A stretch of DNA of 64,000 nt from Massalongia carnosa (lineage: Eukaryota), in contig OZ287088.1 of assembly GCA_965645245.1 (NCBI GenBank), forward strand, positions 434,001 through 498,000, given 5' to 3'. Of the stretch, positions 61,251-64,000 are shown in pieces. Within the stretch, counting starts at the first letter, position 1. Each line of letters opens with the position of its first letter. Below the pieces are notes generated by a model. It was not told the DNA's origin and did no database searches. It saw only the letters and a program-made list of their open reading frames with translations. The translations under genes were made by a program, and so were the position numbers.

Positions 61251-63992
61251 TCAAAACCTGGACAAGCTGCGAAGCTCATATTCAAGTTCCTCAGGATCAA
61301 GATCTCTTCTCTCAGGCGTCCGAATAGGATTTTTATTCAATTGTTTTCCATTCCTCCACAGATACCACGTTCTCTCGAGTATGACCAGTGCGACAATTCC
61401 ACATATCGTATACGTCCATTTAACTCCAAATGACGACACATATAAACCTTGTCCTATAAGTGGAAGCAAGCCCCCGATGCACGCCCCTAAGAAATTATCA
61501 GCAGCTAGAGCATCAGCAGAGTCACGAACAAATATATCGACAAGATACGCCTCTATCGTAAGTACTGTCAGTGACGTTCCAAGGCTCGCCAATAGAGTGG
61601 CCACGAGAGGCACGATGAGCTGATTCGCCTTTACTACGCTCCATCCAAAACTAATGATTCCATAGCAAACAATCAGGCTGCCCGGAACCAATGGTAGCTG
61701 CCGGTATTGTGCTATGACTTTACCCCTCCCTTCCATCTTTTGATCAATCCAATCACATGCCCATTGAAATAGCCCGCAACCAATAAGACTGCCTATAATG
61801 TTCCCGATGAAGATTCCTAAGAACGATAGACCAGCCTTTCCTGGGGCAAGGTGCCACTTTGTTGCATAGCTATAACTGGGTGTGAAGATTGGCGTAAGAG
61901 TCGTGTAGAGGAGGTACATATAGCCCTTCATGAGAGCTAAGTAAAGGACTAGGATGGTCACTGTCCGCGAAGACTTCAGTAGCCTAGTTGGTCGGCTGAT
62001 AGCCCGACGGAAGGAAAGTTTGAAAGGAACGCCATAATCAAGCCAATGCCGAAAGGCCTGATAACGCGGTAAGTTCTGTTCACGTGCTATTGACCTCCGG
62101 AGAATTTGTCGTTCGTTGGTCTCAGACATAAAGGCCGAGGTTGCAAAGTGAAGGAGTCCGCCCTGCCTTTAGATCAGGATTTAGTCGAGAGAAGTGGAAT
62201 GACTCACCATAATTGCAATAGCTCTAAAGACCCACCGCCAGCCTGCATGTTCTGCCAAATATCCACCAGGGACAGGGCCAATGCTGGAACCTAGCATTGA
62301 AGCTATCGTAAGGGCAGCTGTTGCTTGGCCTCTTTCCTTAAAGATAAAAAAGCCTTTGGGACCTTCGACGGAGCTACGATGGCGTCCGAGGATCTCCAGT
62401 CTTTGAGATCTCTTCTTGTCAAGATACATGTCTTCGATGGATCTATGGCCAACGGCGGGGGTGCAGGCAGCAGCGCACCCCGCAAGAAAACGGATTATTA
62501 TCAAGGCACTCGTGGTTGGCGCCACAGCACAAGCGACGTTAAAGATGATAGATAGAATGTTGCAGATTTTGTAAACAACGCATCTTCCATACGCATCTGA
62601 CAATGGCATGAGCAAAAGCGGCCCAGTGATCTGCCCAAACACGAAGATAGAAACGATTAAGCTGCCTAGCGCATGGTTGCTAGAGCGAAGATCTAGCATT
62701 ATTAGTGGAACGCTTGGTGCGACCATAGTAGAGGCGAAGCTGTTTAGAAAAGTGAGTGAGAGGATAATACAAAAGTTCTGGCGTTTCTGCCACGGATTCA
62801 ATTTCATAGCGTTGCTAGGATCGCTTTGACTGCGCCAAGGTATTCCGGATTCGAAGTTGTCTACATAACTCTCGGACTCGAGGGCATTTATAGGGCTCCC
62901 GCCCGTTAATCCGTCCTCGATATTGTGATTATCATCTGGATCCATGCTTATAGGACGTAATGTCACAACGTCCTGAATCCTCGCTGCTGGTGCAGGACGA
63001 TGGCGCTTCTTGGGCAAGATCGAGAGCCTACCGACCTTTCGCCAACGTCCGCGTATATTCTTACTTAGGTCAGTAGAAGGCGCGGTCTCCAGGTTGTTCA
63101 CAGGTTGAATTGAATCGTGAGCTACCTCAGCTTCAAATTCCCGGACACGATCGGGCATGTTGGGAGGTGAACTAGACGCCCGTCCTACAGCTAGGTTGTC
63201 CTTTGTTAAGTCTCTGAGCTCGTTGCCAAACTTGACTTTCTTGCCGTGAATAGTCTCCATTTCTCTGAATGCATGTTCCATAGTAACCATGAAGCAGGAC
63301 CGCCCTAATCCGGTTATGGCCACGACATAACCACAGACGTTGTTTTCACGCACAACCCATGCCCCAGATGCTCCAGAAGAAAGTGGTTTGTCAAGTAAGA
63401 CTTCTCGGACATCCATCACTGCCTGCCCTGTATTAATAGAGACGCTGGTCTGAGTGAGGAAGCCGCTGCAGCGTGTATTCACAGTGTCCATGATCTGGAC
63501 ATCGCCTGGGGAAAGTTCCAACGCTGGAATGACTGATGACATCTTGGCAGATGTCGCAAATTTTGATAACAGTGGATGCGTGTTTAGAACTTCGAATAGA
63601 GCCCAATCCGAGCTTGACGGATCAAAGCTTGTAGAATTACCTATCGTTATGACTTCCCCTAGGAATGAATAAGCTATAGCAGCCTTGATCTTTGATGTCC
63701 ACAAAGAGGTAAAGTTCATGGCGTTGTGTGGAGAGGATGGTACCGAGAAGAAGGAGGCTTCTACAGGATCGGCTTCACCGTCTGAGTCAGAGCTAGGATC
63801 TATAGGAGTTATGTCGTCCGAATTTGAGGCCTCGTTCGCGCTGCGCACGTCTGCGAGAAATGTATGCGCAGTGGTCATGATGAATAGAACTTCGTCAATA
63901 CTTATGACGCCACCAAGGGTTGCGTAGCGTTGCTGGACAGTGCCAGCCTGTAAAACATCGAATTTCATTTTGAGGCCCGAGATGGCTAGCAC
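61251..63992 (-). CDS. Trypsin-like serine-protease domain fused to a DHA1-like MFS transporter; intron 62163..62207; 5' end beyond the window
   Basis: One open frame carries TTAH, DWAL and GASGAWVV, then MFS helices (PLSDAYGR, GWRWVF). A 45-nt GTGAGT..CAG intron joins in frame to ORF 61251..62129. Confidence 0.85.
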
Positions 63993-64000
63993 GTCACTTT

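Overview
Fungal DNA (probably a filamentous ascomycete) forming a densely nested transposon cluster with RIP-like decay. DNA transposons: Tc1/mariner (3), pogo/Fot1 (3), a MULE and a 152-bp hAT-type MITE family. Retroelements: a DIRS/Ngaro-type tyrosine-recombinase element, two Ty1/copia, three Ty3/gypsy (two with chromodomains), Tad1-like LINEs (one with intact ORF2) and five solo-LTR families. Only two clear host genes are visible. One is an intron-containing 97-aa secreted 6-Cys protein (7820-8167, minus) missed by the ORF track; the other, at the right edge, joins a trypsin-like serine-protease domain in frame to a DHA1-type MFS transporter. The most unusual structure is a 3.4-kb unit (53970-57362) bounded by an exact 15-bp direct repeat, in which a LINE 3' end is joined to non-LINE DNA. 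That DNA carries four covarying copies of a three-way-junction motif with a tRNA T-arm-like hairpin, plus an 18x23-bp array. Coordinates were counted by eye and no database searches were run.
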